From assembly GCA_965202585.1 (NCBI GenBank), contig OZ241828.1:59520001-59584000 (forward strand): a DNA stretch of 64,000 bases, written 5' to 3'. How positions within the stretch are numbered: position 1 is the stretch's first letter; each line of letters opens with the position of its first letter. The notes beneath the pieces were generated by a model. The model saw only the letters and a program-made list of their open reading frames with translations, was not told where the DNA came from and did no database searches. The DNA comes from Thalia democratica (lineage: Eukaryota). The translations under genes were made by a program, and so were the position numbers. Positions 48,251-61,300 of the stretch are shown piece by piece.

Positions 48251-51200
48251 ATTAGTATTAATTTGTATAAATGTCAAAAAAAAAAAAAACAAGAAAAAAA
48301 ATTGTGAAAATGATCGTAAACTAGATTCTGATCTTTAAATCGTAAAAATTCAAATAATATTACATAAAATCTTTAAACAGTTTATAGGTTTTAACAATAT
48401 TTGGTTAATTAAAAAGTACATTAGTTCCTAACTATTCGAATCAAGTAATTTGAAATTATATTTTAGAATATCAAAGTCAGATATTTTTCACCAAATAAGA
48501 AACTTTATAAAAAAAATATTTTGTAAGCAAGCAAATCTAAACAAAACCACGGGTACTTTTAACTTCTTATCCAGGACAAATAAATTCTTCAACACTTAGC
48601 ATTCATTTAACTTTCAACTGATTGTCGAAAAGTTGTATTTTTAAAAGCTGCTATAGCGAGCAGTTATAAAACTGTACTTCTAGTACTGCATTGCTTTTAC
48701 ATCGTGTTAAAGAGATTTTAAATGTACACTTTTAATGTTTTTAAGCAATCAAGCGTATATATCTGTTTATAAAAATAAAACTAATTAACTGGTTTGCTTT
48801 TTTCTAATGTGCTTTTGTTCGGGAAACCTTTATTTTTTGTATTTCTCAAAGTTTTCATCTGACTTCCATAAGTCAAGTGTATGAAATTAGGTTGTTGTAC
48901 GAGGAAATGAAATGAAGTTATCTTTGTGCTTCGCTTATAAACTTTAATTTTTTTATGGTTTTTTTTTCTGCTATATGTATTAACTTTTTTTTACCTGTCT
49001 ATTCTTAAATTAAAAGTTGTAAGTTTACTATTTTTTAACTGAACGTACAGAGTTTGAAACATAGTTTTATCTCAAAATAAAAAGTAAAATGATAGGTTGG
49101 TAACGACGCATCTGTTTCTTTCTTTTGATTAGAATTAAAAATGCAAAAAAGAACCTTAATTTAAGCAACAAAAGAGATGTTTAAAGTTTTTTTGAAAAAT
49201 AATAGTTATTGCGATTCAAATTATTAAAATTTTAAAATAACACTTTTTTTTTCGTTTTGTGTATGCGTAACAACATTTATCTCGCCATGTAAATATAAAT
49301 TGTAAAAACATCAATATAAACTTAATATTTCTAAAAAGAAAAAGCTCGCTTAAATTTTTACAAACAGATGATCTTAAAGTATAAAAAGTTACACAATGTA
49401 TTTATAAAAACTTTACAGATTTAAATAAGAATTCTTTTAATTTAAAAAAAAACAATAGATTAACTTAAATCTTAACATAATATGTAAAAGATCTTTAAAA
49501 TGCATAAAGTATATATTACTTTATCACCATATTTCAAGTAACTTTGAAAAAAAAAACATTTTAAGGCCAGGAGAAGAAAAAAAATTCAAGTCATCCTACT
49601 CATATCTATAATGAGTTAAAATTAAAAATATCTTATGTCTGAAGCCAAAAAACATTTTTTTAATGAAAATTTACATACCATCAAGTTCTATATTGTATAA
49701 TTCGTTTTGCATACTTGTAAGTAGCTTAAAGGATTAACAAAGATAAAAAATAAAACAAATTAAAGCCTTATTAATGTCAATAACTAGACAACTTTTAAAA
49801 AGTTTAATTAAAACTATTTTTTTTTTAAATTACTTCTACTTATAAAAATTTACTACAATGACGTTTTTGATATATATATAACATAAAATAAAATTAACGC
49901 TAAGTATAATAGATATAACGGTTCAAAATATAGTTTTAATTGTTTGTTAACAAAAGATCCTAGTGAGGTAACTTCACTGGAATAAAAATAAAAACAAATT
50001 ATACAGTAATCTTCCTTTATTGTACCAACATATGTTTCTGTGTGTCAACGAATCAACACACTTCAACTGGGTTCTGTAAAAAATAATTACTGTAATGAGA
50101 GAATAGAAGCATAGAATAGAATATGTGTATACATATTTTCATTAAAATAAGATATTTTCTACAGATAATAGTTATTAATAGGTAAAATACTTAATATTAA
50201 ATCCGACTGTTATAAAACTATATAATATTTATGATTATTAAGTCTAAAATAAGTAAAGTAAGCTAAATTAAACAACAAAACAACAAATTATAATATAAAC
50301 AAACAACTCACGTTAATGGGAAAGATAACTGATTCAAAATTTATTGTCGTTAACTAATGAAAAATATATATTCATTGCAACTAATAATTACGTCACAATG
50401 TAAACGAGGTTATTTAAACTATTTAATTTGTATTGCAAAGATCATTAATTTAGTTTTTATGTAATCTATTTTGAACAAAAATAAAACATTAACCATTAGA
50501 TAGTTGATCAATAAAATTTAATAAAACTTAACGACGGTGAAGGCAGTAAGAGTCACAGAAACTCGATGTAACATGTATATTATATATTGAATGTTTGTAA
50601 TGATTGAATCAAAGTTATATAGAGTTAGGAAGCAGATTTAGTTCAAATGTAAAAATCAAAATGAAAAAATTAAACTTTAAGAAAAAACCAAAACACAAAA
50701 AAACAAAATTGTTATTAGGCTTACGATGTACTGACCGATAATTAATTTACAGCGACATACATAAAATCATAATGAACTAAATTTAATATATATTTTATTT
50801 TATAATTAATAAAATAATTAATTGGTAAAGTAGGAGTCGGCTGTTTAATTTAAAATATCAATATTACAATAATATAGCTGTAATAATATTACAGATATTT
50901 TAATTAATTAATAAGTAAGTTGTGTTATATATGAAAGTTGAAATGTAAAACAACAAGGTAGTCATATGCTAAGTATAAACCTGCAGTAAAAAACCTACTA
51001 GCTCTCTTGGGCGTAGTAGGTAAAAAAGCACGGTTTATCTGTGATTTGAATACAAGCTTCCAATTAAACTTGGAACTTAACATATAAAGGTGTGAAGAAT
51101 TATGGTCGGAGGGTAAAGTGGATATATGAAATTTCGGAGAATAGAAAGTGACTTGTGTGAAATAGATATAAATTATAAATGAATAAAACTATATTTTACT

Positions 51201-51299
51201 TAGGATATATAATTATACTGTTAATATATGTTAAGTGAGTGTGTGTGTGTGTGTGTGGAAGTTGAATGAAAAGTATGGAAGGTGAGAAGGCGCCAGGTG

Positions 51300-51488
51300 T
51301 TATTTGAAGAAAAACCGTCGGTTGTGTGCACAGTTGTTTGAAATATCACGTCTTTTATTTAGTAATTGTTTACTATCTTCTGCTAAAATTGCCATTCGTT
51401 CAAGGTTGCATATTTGGCAGATCTTGCTTGCGCTACTGATGTTACTGTTGGCGTGGTGGAGGATGCTCCATTCCATTTCTAGATATAT
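51300..51488 (-). mobile_element. Second Penelope-like GIY-YIG C-terminal fragment (different family)
   Basis: LEMEWSILHHANSNISSASKICQICNLERMAILAEDSKQLLNKRRDISNNCAHNRRFFFK* fits W-x-IL...C-x-x-C-x-x-E...LLNKR...C-x-H. A (GT)n tract lies at about 51239-51256. Confidence 0.8.
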
Positions 51489-52397
51489 TCAGTTATTACT
51501 TATTAAAAAACAAAAAAATCCTCAAATTAATTGGTTCCAGGACTTGGTGTACGAAAAAACTTTCTGTTCCAAAACACATATCCTTTTGTAATAACTTTTT
51601 TTTTTGTATTAATATTACGTTCAATAAGACCTTTTTTCAAGTGAAATCTGTGATAAAAACCTACGATTTCTTACGAATTGCATTCATAGACAATCAATTT
51701 AACGTTATCAAAAAGAAAATTTAGTTTTTTCTTTGGTACAATTTTTAAGTAGAGATCAACCGGGTACATAAAAAGATCATGATAATGGAAGTTCTTTGTA
51801 ATAAAAAAAGCTAAACTACACTAAGATTTTGTTAATAGTTCATTACTTGTCAATAGATTAAAGCTAATAGGTTTAAATCATACTTAAGTAATTTATCTTG
51901 TATGGTTGATTTAAATTTGTTACAAAACATTGAGTTAAGTACCAAAGAATTGGTAACTCTTAAAATTATAAATTACAGCAAAAATTAAATTTTAAGTGTT
52001 TTGAAAAAAAATTGAAGCAAAATGCTTATAACTCAATCATTAATATTCATTTATAAAAGAAAACATATTCCCATAAAATGCTTGTTGCAAACTTACCTTT
52101 TTACTTTTTATTAAACTTTGTCTAACCTCTGTAGTAACAAAAGAAATTAAAAATATTGGAAAACTTTGCAAAATGTTCCCTTACTGTACAAATGTATCTA
52201 AAAGTGTTGGTATATCTGCTCTAGATGGTTTGCTTTAAGGGTTTTTAAAAACATTTTGATTTAATTAATTAGGTTTTAATTTTAGACGCTTTGTTTCACG
52301 AAAAAAAATGGTACTTTTTTCAATTTAAAGGATTATGTTTAGGCCGTTTATCACAAATTCAGAGCATGGTCACATCACCATTTTAACTAGCTTTGAT

Positions 52398-52865
52398 CAT
52401 GGTTGCCACTGATCAAGCTGAGAAAAATTTCCTGACTTTTTATAAAAATTTTCCTGACTTTTCTAAATCAAACTCTTAAATTAAACTTATTCTAAAATAC
52501 ATTTCTAACAACTTGAAAACACTTGAAACTATATAAAGCTGTTCAATATGTTAACAGAAAATTTTTACAGTTTTATAAAGGATATTTTACAAATTTATAC
52601 CAAATGAAGGCATTGAATAAACATTATTTTGAAAATTTCTAGGAAAATTTTGGAATTTTTTTCTGACTTTAAAGGACTTTTTATTAACATTACCATTTGA
52701 AGGCTTTGAAAAACAAGGAGTTTTGTAGATTTAAACTGACAAAATCTGACTTTTTTGTTAAATTTTAACTAATTTTTTTTTTTTTTTCAAAACTCCCCAT
52801 TTTTTCTCGACTTTTGTCAATTATTTAAATTTTTCCTGACTTTTCCTGACCGAGTGGCAACCCTG
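52398..52865. mobile_element. hAT-type MITE with TTTCCTGAC subterminal repeats
   Basis: Ends CATGGTTGCCACT ... AGTGGCAACCCTG. TTTGATC occurs at both ends as a probable eroded TSD. Confidence 0.7.
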
Positions 52866-54235
52866 TTTGATCTAATTTCTCTGAACGCATAAAAGAATTT
52901 CAAAACTGTCTTTTAGACATTTACTTCTTAAACAACTCCAGAAGTCTAAGTTAAGTGATATCATTAAAATGGTGGTAAAATACTTTTGTTAAATTAACTA
53001 CTAATTTCCGCATAATCCACATTTTCTTGAGTTCGTTACTTGTATATGTTTAGTCAGAAAATCGTTTTACCACTTAATCTTCCTTCAATACTACGTTTAT
53101 ATAAAGTTTCACATACTTCTTTAATTTAAATTTATTTTGACAACAAAATCATGGTTACCACTGTTTTTGAGAAGTTTATTCCTGGTTTTCTAAAAGTAAA
53201 CGTTTTTTTGCCTATATTTAATATAAAGTCAAGTTTAGGTAAAAATCAATGCAAAACAGTATAAAAACTTTAAAAAGATATTGAAAAGTTATATCTGTTT
53301 CTTAATAAAAAAAATCTTTGATGACAAAAACACTAAACATGTAATTTTGCTCAAAATAAGTTTTTTTGCCTAAATTATCAAATTCCAGGTTTAGTGTCCA
53401 TAAAATTTCTACTAATAACACTTTTATATTTTTCAAAACGATTTGGAATATATAAAATAGGTTGCTAACTTACTTAAAAACTAAACAAGGGTTTATATAC
53501 ATTATGAGTAACTACATCATTGGTACTAATTTGGAAAGCATGTTTAAAATTCATCTAACTTCAGTTTACGGTTTTGAGCTATACAGTTAGTTTTATTTTA
53601 CCTGCAGTTTTACAAAATTTCTAACCAGCGTTCTTCAACAATGGATATATTTCATTTCAGTCAGCATTGCATCAACTTAGCTCGGCCCAATGCCAACTCT
53701 TAATCTGGTGCAGTCAGATCTCAACATCGACAATAACTAGTTCTTGGGTTGAAAATTTATATATCATTCTGTATAGTGCCGTTATCTAATAAAGGGCTCA
53801 ATCATTTATGTATCTTATGCTAGGTAGGTAGTTGGTAAAACAGTTTAAGAATGTCGTAATAAACTACATGGAACCGCTCAATTCTAAACCGACTAAATCC
53901 GAGAACCGCTTACCGAACAAGGATTAGGGGTAACACTGATAGTAAGAAATTAATAAAAACAAGTAAATTTCACACTGAAAAATTTAAACATGGACTGCAT
54001 ATTCAGTTACTTTGATGTTACAAAGAAACTTAATTATTAAAATTAGGCAAGTATACTCGAATTAGTAATATTAAACTTAACCAACTTACAGGATTGGAAC
54101 ACATCACAACATTTAGTGGCTTCTCTTTGGGATTCCGGATTCTTAAGCGCTCTTAATAAAAAAAACTGCAAGATTCTCAAGTGAATTAAAAAATAATTTG
54201 CTCTTATGACGAAATCACGCCTCGTGCCGTTAGAC

Positions 54236-54471
54236 CTGGGTTTCCCAAAGTGGGTCATGACAAGTACTCTGGGGGCCAAAGGGGCGCCATGAGCAATAAA
54301 GGAGCCACAGGGAGCCATAATATGAAACTTAGACTAAATATTCTGGAGTCGCTGATGAAGGGCAAAAAAGGTCGTACGTTTTTTTTTAATGGTAGTGATC
54401 TTCGTACAAGGGGGTCATAGCTTTTTCAATATCTTTAAGGGTGCCAATTGAAAAAAGTTTAGGACACCCTG
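54236..54471. mobile_element. hAT (Charlie-like) MITE
   Basis: TIRs CTGGGTTTCCCAAA / TTTAGGACACCCTG. 8-bp TSD CGTTAGAC / TGTTAGAC (7/8). Confidence 0.8.
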
Positions 54472-55361
54472 TGTTAGACTTTCATTAGTAGCTAGGTACT
54501 TAAGAAAGCTTCGAGGCTTGATTCTAATCAATTAACTTGTCAATTTTAGCATTACTCAGTATGACCCAGCCTTCTACTAAAGTATAACTATTTTAGTTAA
54601 AACTCAGATAAGTTTATGTATGGAAGTTGTTTAGTACCAGTTAAATTGCTTTCAAACAATAATTTTTAAGGTTAGGGTCTAATAGTTAACTTTAATCTAT
54701 ACTTAGATGGTTTTTACCTATGGTCCCTTAAATTTTTTCAGTAGCCCTTAATGATTTTTGTTAAGTTGAAAAATATTATTCTGTACCAATAATAAATGTA
54801 TTTTCGTTTTACTTCGCGAGTAATCATTAGTTTTGTAAGAAACTAGATGTATTCCGTTCACGCGCTTTCATTTATTGAATTAAAATTTTGGCAAGATTTT
54901 GTGGTGTACGTAAACATTTGTGTTCGAAATGCGGCACATAAAGATAATTTATTCCTGGTAAAAGATCTGCAAACTACAAATTGAAAAAAGGATTATTACC
55001 TGTCGCATCAGTAAACTTAGGGTTCTACAGGTGGTGGAAACTAAAGCCAGGGAGTTGAAATGTAACTACCAATGTAAGGTCATTAATCAATACCAGGCCA
55101 AATTAATTAAATATTTTAAACAAAACAAATAGACATAAAACTCATTATTTTAATATAAGGGCGATGAAACAGAACACGCGAGTAATTTCAAACAAAATGC
55201 TTACAAGATAGTCAGGGAAAATTAATCTACATCTAAACTCGTGAAGAGAGGGGTAAGGAGAAATTCAACTACTGAAACAAAATTCTAATGTTACGTCATC
55301 GTGTGTGACGTCTTCCTGATCGCTTTCAGGGCATCTTGTGCGACGTGTTATGACGTCACAG

Positions 55362-58300
55362 TTAGGCGAGGGAAGGGAACTCGCGCTCGTTTCCAACATC
55401 GGGGATTTTCACCTGAAAAAAAATAAATTGATGTTGTAGGGAACTATAAAAAGAATAAAATTTATATCATTGTAAATTTAAATCATTGTTGTTAAGGTGA
55501 TAAAAAATAAAAAGATTAAAAAAATAAAAAGTTATTTTAAATTAGAATACAAAAATATACAGAGGCATAAATTTGGAGTATAATTAATTAATGTATAATA
55601 AATACTTTCATTTCATAGTTCATCCGTAAATTTAGTAAAACGTTGAACCCTTATAACGCAAAACAGTCTGGATTATAAATATATATATATATATATTGGT
55701 GTTATTAAAAAGTTTAGAAACTTAAATTGAAAACGCTTTTTACCAAATCAAAATAGTAGCAGATAAAATTTTAAATATTAATGGAAACTATTTACATTTA
55801 CAAGCTCTTAGATATTATTACTCGTATATAAAAAATCTAAATTTTCTGGATCAAATTAAATTAGTGAGAAATAAATAATGATTTATAAATAAATTCAAAC
55901 ACAATTTTATATATTTTTTAGTAAAAAGATAACACTTAAATCTATTTTATGTAAATGAAACTTTAGCTGGTATACAAAATGTTTTTTTTTTTTTTTTACT
56001 TTATTTTAGGTATTTTTTTCAAAGTTAAATGTCTCCAATATTTTTCGACTAGCGGTCAGTCTTGTGAGATAATGCAAATATGTTTTCAAAGCAAAATTTA
56101 AATACGTGATATGTTGAAAATTAATGATTAACTGATATTTTGCAGCAAACAAAAGCTGCACACACCCAGACAAGCTAGTTCTAATATATTTAATAAATAT
56201 ATATAAAATTAAGTTTAGTGGTTGCATGTTATCTACGTATTTTAACCAAAAATTTGGCCCTTGGCATTATACAATATAAAAACTAAACTAATTATCTGCA
56301 AGATTCTTATCAAGTATTTTGTTGTTTAAGTAAATTAAACTATTTATTTTTCAAATGCATATATAAAAATATTGTTTTATTTATTGTTCGTTATCACAAT
56401 TAAAACTGATTTCTAACACAATACTTCTAATATATTATTTATTAAGTTAAATAAGCTCATATTTCAATTATACATTTTTACTTTAAATCTAATATTTTTC
56501 ATAGCTTTAGTAATTCTTAATGACAGCTTAAATAAATTATTTTCCTAATAACTTAATAATTCTTAATATAATGTTAATAACTAAAAACATAATGACTATG
56601 ATATGATTAAATATTGATAAAACACAAAACTTTTTAATAATTTAAAAGTTAAATGAGTTTATAACTACATGTACTTAAGCAATTGCTCAAATTGATTTAT
56701 TTTTATTGATTTAGTTGTGAAGTATTCAATCATACATAATTGATTGCTTTAAAGCTTTACTAATTTCATTTAACTTTTACGACCCTAATCGATAACTAAA
56801 ATGATATGCTACAAGTCAAATAGAAATTATATAGTTTATTGAAAGAAAATTTACAAATAAATATTCTACTTATAGAAATAAATCCTTATAACGCTGCAAT
56901 TTCAACACTAAATATATACAAAATACTTACAAAAATATTTCTTATATTTAACTTTCATGTTTGCCACCTTGAAACTAACTTTATTTCAGAGTGAGAATCA
57001 ATCAACTATACAACCATACAGAGCTAATTAAAATATTTTTGAAATAAAACAAACTCTTTGAAGCATATCGTATTATGATTAAAGAGAACTATTTAGTGAA
57101 AATTTATAATCTTGATTTTAACTTATCAAGTAAAAAGTAATCTTAATATACACTTATTCTACAACAAACCTTCTTCTGGTAAGCGCCCTTGTTGCCCTCA
57201 TTTCTCCTTCCCTGGTTGAACCTTCCCCCCCTCCTGTCGCCCCTGCCGCCCCTGCTGTCCTCGTACCTTCCCCTGCCGCCGCGCTTCGCCTGCGTGTTGA
57301 ACTGGAACCTGAAGTCCTTCGACACGTCCTTCTTCCTTCCCTGCTTCTCCTCCGCGTGAGCCTGTTCGGTGCGAATTAGTTGGTTTTAAAAATAATATAT
57401 AATTAGTTGGATTTAATTAGAGTTATAAGTTTTAAAGTGTCTGGGTATGCACTAAAAATTCATGTTGAAAAACGTCAATTTTACACTTCTGTTGTAAATT
57501 CAAATATCAGATTAAATGTAAATGAGTTAAATGAACATAAAAAAGTTGAATATAAATAAGTTGGATTTAAATAATCTAGATTCAAATAAAACTGGTTTCG
57601 TAACTGACTTTAGGTTTAAGTGAACAAACATCAAGCATTAAAAATTACAGCCCAGGTACAAAATTAAAGGCATAAAATTGGATAGTTTCAGGTGATGGCT
57701 GTAAGAGGTTAGATAACTTTGATATTTTGATGATAGGTTAAATGGTTGAAGATCTGTTTTTTACATGGCTAATTGAGAAACCATGAACATAAATGAAACT
57801 TAAAAACTTGCTGTTAGATTTTGTTTCATAATTGAATGTCAACACCATGTTTGAAAGTTTAGACAGTAAAAATAAGATTTGGTGTTGTAACATATTGTAC
57901 TATAGGCTAAATTTAGAAAATAAGTATTTAATGAAATGGTAAGTTTTCAAGTTTCTAATACTTGCAGCTGTAATATTAAGTTGTAAAGTTTAATAACCTA
58001 CACCTGTATTTGAATAAAAAAATATTCAAGTGGTACTGAATCACTGTTTACATAGCAAGTTTAACACATGATGTTTTACAAGAAATAATTTTCAAAGAAC
58101 TATCCGCTTAATTTATCCGAGTATTAGCAAACAGTACCAGAGAAAGCACTTTAGAACAATGAATCGAAAACACTTGAAAATTTTAAAAGGCTTCTTTCCA
58201 AGTAGAGAATTTAAACCGTTTTGTTAGATGAGATTTTTCAAAGTGCATGTTGTTTTAAAATGCTGCATGCATTGAAATTGCAGCAATCAACACAGAGCAC

Positions 58301-61300
58301 CCACGGCAATAACTAATCAATAAACACAAACTGTTTATGTTTTCAAAAACCGCAGTTAAACAATGTTGTCGATGAAAAGCAAGCTTATTTTTCAACTTAA
58401 TCTTACAGCAAATCAAATTTTAAAACAGTAGAAAGCATTTATTCCTATATTTCTTAATTTTACGGTATGTAAGCCCTTGGGAGAATGATCATTAATGAAA
58501 CGGAGGTTGTTTAAGCCTACATGTTGTTTTTGTTAAACTATACATTATTCTTACATAAGGTATAACATAACTGGTAACTACTAACTTTAATTTTTTCTTT
58601 TTTTTTCGGACTCTCATATATTTTAATATCTCATACTTTTAAATTGTAATTATTACTTTACTTTCACTAACTTCAACTTCCTCTTCTTCTTCATTCTTTT
58701 CTTCAGCAAATTTTTCCAACTTCTTGTAATTGGCATATTTGTCATCCTCTGCGTAATAAACCAATAGTAACAAAATAAAAATATAATATACACATATACA
58801 ATAATAAACTTATTTGGTAAATAAATACACTGGAAACCATGCTATATTTTATAAATTATCTCTTTCAATTAAATTACATTAAAATATGTATAAGGTATAC
58901 ACTTAGTCTTAATAAGATATTACTTTGTTTTCAATACAGTTTTGTATGTTTTAACAGGAAAGGCTACTGCTAACAATAGCTATTTTATTACTTTTACAAT
59001 AAAAGCTCTTATATTTTTATAACTGCTTTTAAATTGAATAATTTTGTTTTTATAACACAAAGGTACTTATGAAAACAAGTTTAAAACTTTTACTGTTATT
59101 ACTAGTTTTAATACCTGTAATTCATTTTTATTACAACTTTTCTAATAACATTCACTGTATTAACTATCTCTTAATACTAGTAAACTTTTATACAACCTCA
59201 TTTTAAAAAGTTTACTGTATAAACTATTTCTATAAATATTGTTGTAAAACTTTAGTTAAAACAATCATAAAATTAAAAATATAAATTACTACAGCTGAAA
59301 GCAGTAAATATTTATTGTTTAAAATGATAAAAGTTTCTTTAACAATTTATAAGTAGTAAAACGACCTTACAGTGAGGAAAGTCAAGTGTTGCTGTATTTT
59401 TACGACTAGCTTGCAATGTTTACAATAAGAACAACATTTTACATACAATTTGACATTAGTCATAACAATGTTGACATTATACTTTTACAGTTAAATAGAA
59501 TACTTGAAGTTTTATATTTGCCAATAGTGATATTTATAATATCATGAATAATACGAACTATTGTTTAACAAAAAAATTATATATGGACTTCCATTCAATC
59601 TGTTAGCACTAAAAAATCTTCATACCAACTTAGATTTTATTTAAACACAAATCTAGTTTTAGTTTGAAAGTCAACACAAATTGCTTACGGAATTTAAGCA
59701 AATTATTAAATGATTAAATAAATACATTTACAAACAACTTTTTATATCAACAGTTTAACTTATGCTTAAATAGTTAAATGCTTAAATGACAAAAACCTAT
59801 TGAAATACTAGTTAATCAAGTTATAATACTAACAGAACAACTTCATGATTTTTCACAACAGTAGATTAGTAGATACCACAACAAATTAATATAAATTAAC
59901 CGCACCTACTTACAAAACAAACGTATGTCATGAGTTTCAACTGTTAAATATAAAAACAAAATTGTTATGTTAATTGAGCAGTTATTTTTGTTTTATTTTT
60001 TTTAATGAAAATACATGAAAAAAAAATTCAAGTAACCTCTATTTTTTAATATTTTTATAACTTTAAATGTCATATGTTTTGGTAATTTAAAATAACTTAC
60101 AATGCAGCTCTTTTAGCTTATTACTTTTCAAAGCATATAAATAATTTATAAGTTGATAATTTATCTTATAATTTTAGCCACTCTAATTTCCAAATTTTAG
60201 TCTCGAACTCATAACTACCAACCACATCAGTCTAAATTTTAAAAAAACTTTTATTTGTTCATGTTGAAAACAAGATATGTTTATCACTTTAATATAATTG
60301 AAAACAAAACAATTACCAGTAACAGTCCTAATAATTCTCCCTTACACCAAACTTTTTATCATAATGTCTATGTTATACAATAAATAAAATAAATAAATAC
60401 CAGTAACAGTTTTTTTAATTATCTGAGCTTTTTTTTTTAATTAAATATGTAAAACAAACAATAACCAGCAACGGTCCTGATGTTGAACTGAGCCTTCTCC
60501 CTCACCCCGAACTTCTTGTTGTACTCGTCGAGTGTGTACGTCACCGGTTCCGGTTCCTCTTCGTTCTCCTTGTTCTCCTCTTCAACTGCCGGCTTCTCAC
60601 TGTTGATGGATTGGTTATAATTTATTATGAGTATTGCAGTAAAACAAAACATGCTTTATAGATACACGAATATACAAGGTTGTCTGACATGTTGATTTAA
60701 AATTAGTATTCATTATTTTATTATATATTATTATTCATTATATCATTATATCTATATATATCATTATATTATATAAGATGTAACACTGCTTGTGTCGATA
60801 CTCTAAAAATAGAATCTTTTAAAATTTATGATGGCCTTCGGCTGTTCACTTATACAGTGCAGATATTTTAAATACAATTTTGATACTACCATAGCAGATA
60901 TTCACACAAAGCATCCATCTTATCTTGGGTAAATTAAATATATGAATATGTTGTATTTACAAAACATACCCTTAGAGTTAATTTACATTAATCTTTATAC
61001 TAATTAATGTAAACATGTTTAAAAATTATGAATAAAAAAGAATTAAAAAAATTTCAAGTGTTTTAAATATTCTATCGTTAATACTTTTTACTGTCCATTG
61101 CTTTAATTTCTTATAAAAACAAATTACATGACCTTGATTAATTTTTTTTAAATATGAGTAATTGATTTTTTAACTGTAAATAAACAACACATTGGTTTTT
61201 TTTTAATAATCAATATCCATCACTTAAAATTTTATGGTCTTTATCGATACAAACAGTCAATAAAAATATGAAATTAATTATTAACTGCACTGAATTTTGT

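Noticed and set aside
53620-53790. GC-richer stretch that might be an exon or C/D snoRNA
   Set aside because: No recognisable translation, no in-phase partner exons and no proper C box.
58468-58521. Intronic hairpin (UGUAGGCUU/GGGCUUACA on the minus strand) as an H/ACA snoRNA
   Set aside because: Only one hairpin, with no convincing second hairpin or correctly placed H and ACA boxes.
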